The position numbers and the translations under genes were made by a program. A stretch of 63,976 bases of DNA, filler included, from Globobulimina sp. (Eukaryota): NCBI GenBank assembly GCA_003354225.1. It is 46 parts of 46 records of this genome, joined end to end, with 100 filler letters (N's around TTAATTAATTAA, not from the genome) between each part and the next. Parts side by side here need not be neighbours in the genome. Positions count along the whole stretch, not along the records: positions 36,231 to 37,523 come from PIVH01019271.1; positions 37,624 to 38,916 come from PIVH01019272.1; positions 39,017 to 40,309 come from PIVH01019273.1; positions 40,410 to 41,702 come from PIVH01019274.1; positions 41,803 to 43,095 come from PIVH01019275.1; positions 43,196 to 44,488 come from PIVH01019276.1; positions 44,589 to 45,880 come from PIVH01019277.1; positions 45,981 to 47,272 come from PIVH01019278.1; 38 more parts are not named here. One strand, 5' to 3'. The notes beneath the pieces are model-generated. The model was not told the DNA's origin. It did no database searches and saw only the letters and a list, made by a program, of their open reading frames with translations. Of the stretch, positions 36,459 through 48,765 are shown piece by piece (the first letter of the stretch is position 1; every line of letters starts with the position of its first letter).

Positions 36459-37523
36459 ATGAACTTAGAGAATGAAATTAAACAGAACACATATTTTATT
36501 ACCGGAGTAACAGGATTTGTTGGACACTTCTTGCTTTTTAAGTTGTTGACTCTTCAGCAAAAGCATGACATTCAAGAGAGTAACATATTTGTATTAATTC
36601 GACCAAACAAAAAGTATCCAGATGTTCATCAACGACTTAAAAATGTGTTAGATAATAACTTATTTAATGACATTCAACCTAATTTTAAGGGAAACGTTAT
36701 TGCTATTAAAGGTGATTTATTGTCAAATGATGACATTGTAATGTTAGGAATCAGTACAGAAAGTATAAGTTTTTTAAAGCAACAAAATATAACGACATTT
36801 ATTCATGTTGCAGCATCCGTTTCATTCGACAGACCTTTCAATGAAGCCATGGCAATCAATGTTAACGCAACTTATGAATGTTTAAAATTCGTTAAATTAT
36901 TAAGTATTTCGAATTATATCCATGTATCCACATCGTATGCAAATGATAATTCACATGTAATGAAAAATAAAAATACTGATAAAATTAAAGAAACAATTTA
37001 TGAGCAATCTTATGGTGATGGTTATCAGATATTTATGGAATGGAAAAAAATGAATGGTGCTTTATCAACAAAACAACTCAAACAATTAAATGTAAACTTA
37101 AGTGATTAGCCAAATACATATAGTCTCACAAAATGTATTGTAGAGAATGTAGTTTATAAATTTTGCAAAGAGAATAGTATCAAGTTTGGTATTGTTGGGC
37201 CAGGTATCATTGGCGTGGCATTATCCGGCTGGTATCTGCATTTAAGCAGTTGCCCTATGTTTTATGTGAGTATTGGTGTGGTCGATCAAAATTTTTATTT
37301 CAATGGAGCTGGATCAGGAACTATGAGCAATGTACCAGTTGATGTCGTTGCAAATTGTATATTATTGATGAGTGGAATGCTTATTAATACAAAACAAAAT
37401 GAATTAATATGTCATTGTACAGGAATGAATAAAGAAAGCAATATCCAAACAATGAAAGATGCAAATATTAACGCATGTAAATATGGTGAAAACCTTCCTA
37501 AATTCAATTATTTGACAGAGGTT
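36459..37523 (+). pseudogene. Fatty acyl-CoA reductase (NAD_binding_4) with a single in-frame TAG at 37107-37109
   Basis: ITGVTGFVG, IKGDL, IHVAASVSF, HVSTSY, then D*PNTYSLTK and VPVDVVAN in the same frame. Confidence 0.8.
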
Positions 37524-37623
37524 NNNNNNNNNNNNNNNNNNNNNNNNNNNNNNNNNNNNNNNNNNNNTTAATTAATTAANNNNNNNNNNNNNNNNNNNNN
37601 NNNNNNNNNNNNNNNNNNNNNNN

Positions 37624-38715
37624 ATACATTTTAAAATCGTCTGTATTTGTAATCATTTTTAGTACATTAATCTGCGATAATTTATCTTTTGCTAAATTTG
37701 GGTCAAAATAAAACTGCATTGCAGTGTCATATTGTTTGTTTTTAATGGCAACGCTAATAATAGCATTTGAACAAACTGCAATTTTAATGTCAATGGAATG
37801 ATAAATGTTTAATGCAGTCTGTAATTCGCCACAATCACCATAAAAATGAATTAATTGTGTCTTACTTTTGATTATATCTTTATCATTGATATCTAGATCT
37901 AATTGCATATTTTCATGAATTTGTTTTCCTTTATCATAATCTAACAATTTTGTGCATGCTCGGAGAGCTAACATATGAGATACATTATCATTTAATGACG
38001 AATACTTATAGTATAATGATAATGCGTCGTTGTAGTAACACAAATGCAATAATACTTTCATCATTGTAGTCACACAAATGATATCTTTCTGAAAATCATT
38101 GATTGAATTAAATACATTCCATGCATCATCTATATTATTATGATATTTGTCGATCAAAACTGATTGGATATAAATTGTATGTTTAATATCATTTGTTTGA
38201 ATGCTTTTGTCTTTAAATAAAGTGTCAATGTATTTAATAAAATCAATATTTCCTTCACATTTGGATATCAATTTTATAATCAAAGAATAATGCATTTTTA
38301 GTTTATAATTATATATTTTCATCCATTTTAATATTTCTATACATTTATCAATGTCAATATTTTTAGATTTTATGCAACATTTTATTAATAATGGATACGA
38401 AATTGTATTTTGTTGATTTGTTTCCAGAATATTTATAATGTTATCCCAAAATTGAGTTACTTTGCAAGGATAATGTGAATACAAACATAATTTCAATAAA
38501 GTATTGATCACAAATTCATTGACATTGTCATCAATTTGGGAGTATATCAATAATGATTTGTGAATAACATCTTCGTTCCATTGTCCACTGTTATCGTTAT
38601 TTTCTTTTATTAAATTAGAGATTAATTTGTTTGCCGTCCAATTATTTATTTTCAGAACATGGTAAGTGTGTGAGGTGAGATTTATACCATATTTTATCAC
38701 ACGACTCGTCTGCAT
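37624..38715 (-). CDS. Pentatricopeptide-repeat protein, 3'-truncated
   Basis: ~35-aa helical repeats (IDDAWNVFNSI, LIHFYGDCGELQTALNIYHSI, YDKGKQIH). Confidence 0.8.
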
Positions 38716-39054
38716 GATAAATGTTTTTTTAACTTAGCAAAATCAAGATAAGCTCGTCACAGTATTAAGTATTTTTAACAGATACAAAATGAAACAAGTA
38801 TGATGCTAGCACTTTGTCAACACATATTCTTACCCATAAAATAAATGGTGCACAGTGACAATAATTTTTTGTGTTCTTCAAACAATATTGCATGCGGCGC
38901 GTACTCGAATAAATAANNNNNNNNNNNNNNNNNNNNNNNNNNNNNNNNNNNNNNNNNNNNTTAATTAATTAANNNNNNNNNNNNNNNNNNNNNNNNNNNN
39001 NNNNNNNNNNNNNNNNATATTTAAACATAATAATAATATCAAGGCAGAAAAAGC

Positions 39055-39481
39055 ATGGCATCCAAGCCATTAATACGTGCGGTTCAAAAGAATGTTGAAA
39101 ATTTTATTCAAAAGAATGTCCATAGTCATAGTCAAAGAATGAGTATCAAAACATCTGCATTTGCATACAATCCATTTGAAAATAGTAAAAATAAGATACA
39201 TTCTGTTGCTTCAATATGCGCCGTACCAACACCACCCAGAGCAAATCCAAAAAGTTAATTTATAATTTCTCCCTTTCTTAATTGATATAAACTTATTGCA
39301 TTGTATGTGCTGTGCAGTGTGCTTATACGGAGAAACAATGAGTAACGAATATTTAAATCCAAATTGCGTAAAAACGGCAGTTTCAAATGATGGCAATATT
39401 GATATTAATGATTGGTCAGATTTGGTTACGTTTGGCGTTGTGTATGCTTCGTTGGGTTTCATTTTATGTAAATTTCTGTAA
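39055..39481 (+). CDS. Small hypothetical protein with C-terminal TM segment, intron 39254-39317
   Basis: A GT-AG intron joins ORFs 39055 and 39296 in frame. Confidence 0.5.
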
Positions 39482-41803
39482 ATTTCTGTGAATTAATGGC
39501 CAAACACAAATACAATACAACGCAAAATAACGATATAAAAATATAAATTATATTATATCCATTTTTGTCAACTTTTTTTTATTCTTTTATTTACCTCTCC
39601 ATAAAGAGTGTCCCTCCAAAGATTTCTGATTAATTTCATTTTATTGTTGTTAAATAACTTTAATTTAACGTTGTTTCGTCGCATTTTTGTTCCATAGATC
39701 GTTGTCGTGAAAAGTGTGCGAGGATAAAATCTGGTGACTAGCTTACTTCGCTTAAAATGACTGTTATTATTTGACAAACGATGACGAAACTGGCAAGAAA
39801 ACTAAAAATTTGTTGTTTGTGAGGTGATAACAGTGATTTTAAGATTTTAACGAAGTAAGCTAGTCATCGATTTTAACGAAGTAAGCTAAGTTCTGATTTC
39901 TAATCTGGTCATTTTTCAAGACACTTTGGACTTTTTTTTGGGAGACTTGCTCATTAAAAAAAAATAGAAAACCCCACACACACACAAACGAAAAAAAATG
40001 GGAAACGGAAAAGAAATTAGGAACAAGAACCTAATCCGTTTAGCCGCCATATGATACAAAAAAAACGCAAGAGGAAAAAACAAATTTAAAAATAGATATT
40101 TGGAAAAACAACAAAAAAAAGTGAGAATAAATAATTAGAATTATTAATAGCAACATGAAATGAAAGGAGTGAAATGAAAATAAATCACAATAAAAATCAT
40201 TTAAATAAAATAAATTATTACAAAATATCACATAATAAGACATTGTTCGTGTTGTTGTTCACCACTCAGTGAATGCGATCGCGTTGAACTTAAATTAGAA
40301 TTCGCGCTCNNNNNNNNNNNNNNNNNNNNNNNNNNNNNNNNNNNNNNNNNNNNTTAATTAATTAANNNNNNNNNNNNNNNNNNNNNNNNNNNNNNNNNNN
40401 NNNNNNNNNCATCGCATTCACAGCCACAGTCGGGATCACATTAAATCAGGAAATAACAATTATAATAATAATTGCATTTGTCTCAGCACTTTGTCTATAA
40501 GGTGATAATACTTCTAAACAAGATACATACACTTAAATTGTTATCTGCGAGACTTGTATTGGATTGTTTGTCTCCTTACACTGTATACGAAATCTAAAAT
40601 ATTCACTGCAGTCACAACTTTTGAAGCTAATTTTCATATTGTGGTGATCGGACTTCAACTTTTGTAGTTGTTAGCTCGCCACAATAAATTGAATTCATTT
40701 AAACTATAACAGTTATTTTTGCACTTTTTTGTTTGCACTTTTTTTTTTCACCTTTTTTTTCTGAGGTAAGTTTTTGCAGTCCTAATATCACTTTAATGCA
40801 TCCAATATTCATATTGAGATCGATTGGTGCTGCTCGTAAATGTCCAAAACAAAACACAAATGAACTTATATTAATAATCACTTCACAATAACTACACAAG
40901 CAATGAAGGATATCCGTTTCAATCTCAAGAAATATGTGTGAAAATGCGCAATTTTTCCATATGCGCTGCTTTATCCCCTTTGTGGCGTAATAAATGAAGA
41001 TATTTTCACTTTTAGTTTCTGAGAAAATGGAAAACCTATATTTTCAAGATTGCATTTTGAAGAGCAATATTGATTCATTTCAATATATGTTTGCTGTCAC
41101 CAAATAAATATGTGATAAATACATGTGCGATATAGCAAAAATACATGTGCGAAAAAGGAATATTCACAGCATTCTCAGTTGCACGTCTCATAATAATAGA
41201 AAAGGTACTCTGAGACATCAATTTCTTGGATCCAGGTAAACCGTGTTTGTATAATAACTGAGAAGGATCTAGATATATCTCAGATGTATCTAGATATATC
41301 TGAGATACATCTGCGATACATCTACATATATCTGAGAAGTATCTGTGCTGACTGTGCTGATTTTTAATATTGGTGACTGTGATGAATGTGGAGATTGCGA
41401 TGATTGTGGTGTTCTATGTTGTTCATTATTTTGTAACTGCCAATCTGAATTAAGTGCTTGGTCTGGTGCAGTGACCCAATCATTTCCCATCTTGTTGCTT
41501 ATTGTTGTTTGGGAAAGGACTGTTTTATATGTAGACAACATGTAAGGACTTAGAGTAAAGTTTTATGTAAAGAGTTAGATTTACAGTTAAGTTTTAAATC
41601 AATCAACAAACCAGATGTATCTCAGATGTATCCCAGATATATCCAGATGTATCTCCAAAGTCAAGTTTCCAAATCAATTCGTTAAATGCTAGTATAAATA
41701 TGNNNNNNNNNNNNNNNNNNNNNNNNNNNNNNNNNNNNNNNNNNNNTTAATTAATTAANNNNNNNNNNNNNNNNNNNNNNNNNNNNNNNNNNNNNNNNNN
41801 NNT

Positions 41804-42609
41804 GGATTTCAAATCTGTACGCATGCCATTGGCGATAATGCGAATAGAATTGTAATTGAGGCGTATGAGAGATTGATAAATGAGTCGCAAAGTAAGCACA
41901 CAAACCTGTCTTGTCCGGATATGAACATTTGAGCAATATAAAATAAAACTGAATATTGAACAAAACTTTTTTATTTTCTATTGTTCGAATGTCTACACAT
42001 AAATATGTCCATATACAAGGTTTGAATATTACGAATCATAGATTACGAATTGAACATTGTCAGATTATAAATAAGACGTTTGATATACCCAAATTAGCTG
42101 ATTTGCACATTATACCGTCAATGCAGCCCGGACATATTTTGGATATGGTATTTGCAACGGACAGATTAAATTGTACGCAGTATGGAAATGGCGATAGATT
42201 ATCAGGTGCGTACGCTTGGCAATCTTTATTGGACGCTGGTGTGGATGCGATGCCTTTCGGGAGTGATTTCCCTGCAGTCGGTGTGGTGAACCCTTTTGTA
42301 GGGATTTATGCAGCGGTGACTCGATCAAATCGGAGTGGATATCCAAGGGATGGGTTCCCAATGGAATATAATAAGGTGTCACTGTACCAAGCTATTAAAG
42401 GATATACTATCGATGCTGCATATGCTGCTTTTCAAGAGGATCAATTGGGCTCCATAACAAAAGGGAAATTTGCAGATTTTATTATCATTGATAGAGATTT
42501 GTTTGATTTGGATAGTGAGAGTTATGATGGAATATTGGATACAACGGTTCTTAGGACATATTTGGGTGGGAATGTTGTGTTTGACACGCTGTTGGATCCC
42601 GGTAAATAA
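41804..42609 (+). CDS. Amidohydrolase 3 (YtcJ-like), C-terminal part, intron 41892-42019
   Basis: THAIGD, RIEHCQ, SMQPGH, GSDFP, YTIDAAY, GSITKGKFADF. Confidence 0.9.
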
Positions 42610-43826
42610 ACAATAAAATAATGTGTACAAAAACAATTAAGTGTAAGGATATAATAATTATTACAGATTATATAATTAATTCTCTTCAATTTCATTAAAA
42701 TCAGTTAAAAAATGCTCTCCTTTTAGTCCTTTATAAAATGTATTCAAACAAACAACCAAATAATATGTTTTTGCCAACTGTAGATTCCAAATAATGCCCT
42801 TCTCACAATCAAACCACATATGTGTGTTTATTTTTTTACCGTCGCGAAATCACGCAAACCCATGATTTAACTGTATACATGGAATTAGATCTATATCTGC
42901 AACGTAGTACGAGTATTATTAATATATTGATTCATACGAAAAATCTATGATTTGTGTTTTATTTATTTTCAATAATTGTGCACCATATAATATTTTAGGT
43001 GTACTTTTTTATTTTCGTAGGTTTACTTTTTTCGGACTTGTTTTGTTTACATTTTTCTGGTCACAGGCCACAGGATTAATCCGATCACCAAAATANNNNN
43101 NNNNNNNNNNNNNNNNNNNNNNNNNNNNNNNNNNNNNNNTTAATTAATTAANNNNNNNNNNNNNNNNNNNNNNNNNNNNNNNNNNNNNNNNNNNNTGTTC
43201 CAAATTTGTTCCAAGATGTTATTTAAAGTTATTATTGAAACAGTAGTTGGCAATATCGGCGAATTAAAAACTTTCTAATTATATTTGAATTTTGAATTAA
43301 TTATTCAATTTAAAAAAGATCCGTTCAACGCAATCCAACGTTCGTAACAAAACATTCCTTTCCCTGAATGATAATCCTGTGTGCAGCTGTTTGAATAATC
43401 AATTTAAAGTCAATTCCTTTTATGATTAAAATGTTTGCAAAAGAATGCATAATTCAGTACAGGGATAACTGCTATAAGACGCAGAAATAAAGGGGATCTC
43501 GCCCGAGATAATGAATTATGTATGACTATAAAAATCATATCAAAAATCATACATGTATGACTATAGAAGAGGGTTTGTCAGGCAAATTTGATCATAATTC
43601 TATGAATTTTATATACTTTTTTGTTTAATTCCCACTCATGCATCAATTTTTAGCGCATTTTTAATGAAGAAAACCAGGTTTTTTTTCTCAATTTGATGAA
43701 AATTTGGTTCAATGGAACCATCGGACGTAAAATTAATACTATTTCTGTTGCGAATCATCGCTGCAGATTTAATATTCTTTGTTTGATTTAAATTCTTCGT
43801 TTTGTTGCTATTTTCATTGAAAGATC

Positions 43827-44213
43827 TCATTGTCTTCGTTGTGGGGTTCTTTCTAATACTAATCGGAAATTCCTAATGAAAAAGGTTTGTGCTCGAGGGT
43901 TTAATGAATCGTATATATTATCTAATTGACTAAGTCTTGCTGTTGTTGGATAAAGATACGATGATATAATGTTATGGATATCTCTTGATGCAATGTCAGG
44001 TTTTGTAAATTGCTCAATAACAAGAAGGGTCGACGCACAATCAGCAGATTCTGTAAAAAATGGATAAAATTCGCAGATATAATCTGAGTAATTTGTTTGT
44101 ACCGATTGTAAATTCGCGTTATGTGTGACTACGTCGACGTGTATAACTAATAATAAATAGAAAAAATACACTAAATTCTGGTTCAAAATAAGTGTTCGTT
44201 TGTCTTGTAGCAT
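43827..44213 (-). CDS. Hypothetical protein
   Basis: 128-aa ORF with a hydrophobic N-terminal segment. Confidence 0.3.
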   Translation of the reverse strand: MLQDKRTLILNQNLVYFFYLLLVIHVDVVTHNANLQSVQTNYSDYICEFYPFFTESADCASTLLVIEQFTKPDIASRDIHNIISSYLYPTTARLSQLDNIYDSLNPRAQTFFIRNFRLVLERTPQRRQ

Positions 44214-44656
44214 AGACTCTTGTCTAATAAAGTCGTATCTATTTATTTGATAAATAGAAAATAATGTTTTTGATGGTAGATCGCGGATGAATTGATAGAT
44301 CGCGGATGAAATGTTTTAAATATTGGATTCTTGAATTAAGATCTTTTGATATCCGGTAATATAAGCACGGTTTTGGAAGGAAAATAGGTTAATAATAAAA
44401 TGTTAATGGTTCCCGATGAAACACAACCTTTAACAATTCAATTTTGACTTTCAATGTTTTTATTTTGAATAATCTGTAAAAAACTGTANNNNNNNNNNNN
44501 NNNNNNNNNNNNNNNNNNNNNNNNNNNNNNNNTTAATTAATTAANNNNNNNNNNNNNNNNNNNNNNNNNNNNNNNNNNNNNNNNNNNNATCAGTTAATGA
44601 ATTTACAAAAAATTCTCAAAAATGTCAAAATATTGACATCTTATATTAGATTGACT

Positions 44657-45880
44657 CTAACATCCATCATCTGCAGATACCATCCAATAACAATATATTT
44701 TTTGAATTGGGTGTTTTGGATTTGATAAGAAATTTGAACATAGAAAATTTAATAATGACGCAATTATTTCAACAGAGCTATTCCCAGCGGCCACAATTAA
44801 TAAATAATCATAATTATAATTCATTTTATTCGATGAAAAACCAATGCCATACGGTCCGCATACACGTAATGGTAATAATTCATTAGCGGAGACATACATT
44901 TCCCATAATTTTTGTGTCCAATCGCCGCAACTTAATATTGAGATATCCATATAATTAGAATCTGGCGATGATGTTACATAAAATGGATGATATTCGACTG
45001 ATGAGATTGATGGACAATTCACTAAAATATACTGTCCACATTTCCATTTCATATTTTCTTTCCGTATTGATAATAAAACAGAGTTTGGTCGTTCATTTCG
45101 CGCTAATTCAACTTGTAATTTTTTTGAGATAAAAATATATTCAAAACTGATTAAAATGATAATTAAAACTGTTGGAAATAATGACACATATAATGCAAAA
45201 TTGTGAGATTTATTGTTTGATGAATGGAATATGAATGATAAAATAAATATTAATCTGAAAAATGTCCACAACGCAACATTTGTTTTACTAAATGGATTAC
45301 ATTTACTATTACTGAGAAATGTCGATATTTTATTTTTTTTACGCAAAGTGGCGTGTTGATATTTTATGTTTCTCCAAAATATAGCTAAAATAATACCAAA
45401 TATAATCAAAATGAATCCAGAAATTGAAATTGCAAATCTAGATAAATTCGAGTGATACGATATTATATGAATTATAGAGTAAAAAATAGCACAACAAATG
45501 TTAATTTTTTGCGATTCTCTGGATGTAAAATATAACAAAATGTTTGCTAAATTTGAATTTGGTGTCAAAGATATCCATTTTGTAACAAATGGGTAATATC
45601 TGGATAATGGAGCTATAAACAAACATAAATATAATCCAAATGACGATATCTCACCTATTATTTCTGTAATATTTTTATTATTGTTATTACAAACGAAAAA
45701 CGATATAATTATTTGCAGAATGTATATATTCATAAAACTTAATGCCATTAATTTTACAGTTGATGGCACAAATATTTTGAGATAATTTGTATATTTTATG
45801 CTCTGTTGGCTGACAATATTATTCAGACCCATATTATTATTATTATTATTCGAAAGTGGACTATTTATATTATCCAATAA
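44657..45880 (-). CDS. Ferric reductase / NADPH oxidase-like protein (degenerate), partial
   Basis: TM region, then GQYILVNCPSIS, EYHPFYVTSSP, GDWT, GPYG, KIYCYW. Confidence 0.85.
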   Translation of the reverse strand, partial: LLDNINSPLSNNNNNNMGLNNIVSQQSIKYTNYLKIFVPSTVKLMALSFMNIYILQIIISFFVCNNNNKNITEIIGEISSFGLYLCLFIAPLSRYYPFVTKWISLTPNSNLANILLYFTSRESQKINICCAIFYSIIHIISYHSNLSRFAISISGFILIIFGIILAIFWRNIKYQHATLRKKNKISTFLSNSKCNPFSKTNVALWTFFRLIFILSFIFHSSNNKSHNFALYVSLFPTVLIIILISFEYIFISKKLQVELARNERPNSVLLSIRKENMKWKCGQYILVNCPSISSVEYHPFYVTSSPDSNYMDISILSCGDWTQKLWEMYVSANELLPLRVCGPYGIGFSSNKMNYNYDYLLIVAAGNSSVEIIASLLNFLCSNFLSNPKHPIQKIYCYWMVSADDGC

Positions 45881-45980
45881 NNNNNNNNNNNNNNNNNNNN
45901 NNNNNNNNNNNNNNNNNNNNNNNNTTAATTAATTAANNNNNNNNNNNNNNNNNNNNNNNNNNNNNNNNNNNNNNNNNNNN

Positions 45981-46291
45981 ACTAAATATCCCCGCCTTTC
46001 TACGACCAATGCATCCATAACAGCACCCCTTTGCATCCATTTATGTATCGCTTGTTTGGCAGCTTTTAAAGCCAGCGGTCCACTACATAACCTTGCGTAA
46101 TCACAACCGTTCTCCCCATATCCTTCTCCGTCTTTAGTCGATTCGTCTTTATTTGCAAATAAAATACGCACAAAAGGCAATACGCTCAGTAACTGCTGTT
46201 TGAACACAGTGGTTATGAACTCAGCAGACAAATTTATGCAATATGGTTTATTTTGCTTCCAACACTCGGCGCCCAGCATTTGTTCAAACAC
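45981..46291 (-). pseudogene. Mosaic fragment: adenosine-kinase-like segment joined to an enoyl-CoA-hydratase-like C-terminus
   Basis: INLSAEFI...VLPFVRILFANKDE, then GPLALKAAKQAI...LVVERRGY. Confidence 0.45.
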
Positions 46292-46373
46292 ATTTCTGTA
46301 CGTATCAGATCAATTTTTTTTTAATTAAATAGGGTGATTAGTATAATGTAGTTATTCTGTCATATTATTCATT

Positions 46374-47156
46374 TTATAATTCATCCATAAAAAAAAATTG
46401 TCGATTTCTAGGTGTTTCATTTTTCAAAGAGTCCCACTTTGATTGACACCATTGATTAATTTTATTAATCTTATTAGCATTATTTTGTTTGCTCCATTCA
46501 AAATCGTCCACATAGAGTCTAGAATTCAATTGAATTTCATATTCACTCAGTTTACTTTGCCATTCATTCAGTGTAAAATGCCATTCATATTCACTTTGTT
46601 GATCCTTAATATATTGATCAAATGAATGAACCTCATGCGTCAAATAATTGCCATGACACAATTTGCCGACAGACACTATCACCGTAGAAAACATATGATT
46701 TGTATCAACTGCACGCAATGATAATGTATTTGTTTCAAAATCATAATCCCATTTTTCAAATGGAAAATATTTAATGTTCTCTTTTCCCATTTTATGAAAA
46801 TATTCAATGGATCCAAATTCAGAATTTGATTCTACATTTTTATATAATGGAGAACCCCAATATGTATCATGCCACTTATGTTTACATCGACCACTTCTAT
46901 CAATTAATAGTAGCGTTGATACAAATGCTGCATAAACACCATAATGAATTGGATATGCATAATCGGAAATATTTTGAATTATTAAACCAATTTGTAACTC
47001 TGTTGGTAATCGGGTTGAAATAATTTCATTCCATTCCTTTCGTAATATTTTTTCATGTTTATGCGTCACATTTGGATTATCACTAAAACATGCTTGGCAT
47101 TTTTGTGTCTTATGTCGATTGCTTAATCCACATAATGAACATTTCCAAGTTGACAT
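46374..47156 (-). CDS. RanBP2-type zinc finger protein
   Basis: WKCSLCGLSN...KCQAC. Confidence 0.75.
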   Translation of the reverse strand: MSTWKCSLCGLSNRHKTQKCQACFSDNPNVTHKHEKILRKEWNEIISTRLPTELQIGLIIQNISDYAYPIHYGVYAAFVSTLLLIDRSGRCKHKWHDTYWGSPLYKNVESNSEFGSIEYFHKMGKENIKYFPFEKWDYDFETNTLSLRAVDTNHMFSTVIVSVGKLCHGNYLTHEVHSFDQYIKDQQSEYEWHFTLNEWQSKLSEYEIQLNSRLYVDDFEWSKQNNANKINKINQWCQSKWDSLKNETPRNRQFFFMDEL

Positions 47157-48051
47157 GGTCAAAGATGTTATACACTTCACTTCTTAGGTTAACACTTCTT
47201 TTGTGTTGACGAGAAAGCCCGATAATTATTCATTCAGTGGTTATTCTCAAAAGATGTATTTATATGTAACTANNNNNNNNNNNNNNNNNNNNNNNNNNNN
47301 NNNNNNNNNNNNNNNNTTAATTAATTAANNNNNNNNNNNNNNNNNNNNNNNNNNNNNNNNNNNNNNNNNNNNTGCATTGCATATGTGGTTGTCGCGATCT
47401 TTTTGTTCTGATAACTGGTCAAATCACTCAATAAATACAAACCCAATCACAAAATAAATTGAATTACTCCTTGATCATGACATTAATGCTGAATAAGTGT
47501 ACCATTCCATATAACAACGTATTGCTTGACCCAAACTGTTATGAATGGATTGTTGAGAATCTATGCAATAATCTTTGTTTTTTGTAGTTTATTATTTTGA
47601 AATGAAAACTTTGTGATATATAACGCCGTCAACAAATCTGGGAATAAAATAAAATATAAAAAAACTTTTGATTGGCCCCATTTTATAAGCAAGCAATGAT
47701 GGAATAAATATTATTGTTATAAATGTTTGAGACATGTTTCAATTTTGAATATATCCATTTAGTGAGTTGCCAAAATGGATTAATTATCGAAACAATTGGT
47801 ACCAAAGTGTATCCATCAATATTTGTGTACGAATGGTGCCTTATCATTCCAATCATATAAGCCACAATCTTCATATATAATATTCTTTGCATTTCAAAGA
47901 AAATATTGTTTCAATGTCAAATCTATATATTCATATTTAATATGGTTGGTCCGCCAGGATGTTGCCAGACAATTCTAAAGTATGTAGCCTGTGTTCCCAT
48001 GGCTGTGTGTATCACAGTTTTGACAAACACTGGAAAAGTTTTATTAAAACA

Positions 48052-48618
48052 ATGGAAGCAGTGCTTGCTTTGCGAATTGTTATTCTCGAGGAATACAATA
48101 AATTGGCACAACAACTAGAAAATACATATTTAAAGCATGTGACTCTTTTACTAAAACAAAAATCATTAATTCACGAACAAATCCAAAAGAGTTTGCATGT
48201 AAAGTTATTTGAACTCGACGCAATCACAAACAAATATAAAAATATAAATATAAATATAAATCCAAATGAATCAATATGGCAATGTGTTATTTGTGATAAA
48301 CAGTGCCGAAATAAAAATGAATATTCATTCCATATCAAATGTCATTCGACCAAAGATGTAGAAACATTGGAAATGCTTATTACAAAAGACATAAATATTG
48401 AAAACGAAGAATTAATGAATAATTATAAAAAAGAAGCAGAATTATTTAAATTTGAAGGGAATAAATTATTTAACAAAAAGAAGTATGAAAGAGCTATTTC
48501 TCAATATACAAAAGCAATAAATCTGGATCCAATGAATGCCGTTTATTTCTCAAACAGAGCCGCGGCTTATATGCATTTGAACAAATATAAACAAGCTGCC
48601 GTCGATGCTTATGTATAA
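48052..48618 (+). CDS. C2H2 zinc finger + TPR protein, partial
   Basis: CVICDK...HIKCH; AELFKFEGNKLF...YTKAINLDPMNAVYFSNRAAAY. Confidence 0.75.
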   Translation: MEAVLALRIVILEEYNKLAQQLENTYLKHVTLLLKQKSLIHEQIQKSLHVKLFELDAITNKYKNINININPNESIWQCVICDKQCRNKNEYSFHIKCHSTKDVETLEMLITKDINIENEELMNNYKKEAELFKFEGNKLFNKKKYERAISQYTKAINLDPMNAVYFSNRAAAYMHLNKYKQAAVDAYV

Positions 48619-48765
48619 AATATGTATTACAGTATTATTTATTCTACGTAACTAAAATAATATANNNNNNNNNNNNNNNNNNNNNNNNNNNNNNNNNNNN
48701 NNNNNNNNTTAATTAATTAANNNNNNNNNNNNNNNNNNNNNNNNNNNNNNNNNNNNNNNNNNNNA

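Noticed and set aside
36459..37523. Genome-wide stop-codon reassignment
   Set aside because: Only one convincing in-frame TAG; other conserved host genes translate cleanly with the standard code and use TGG for Trp.
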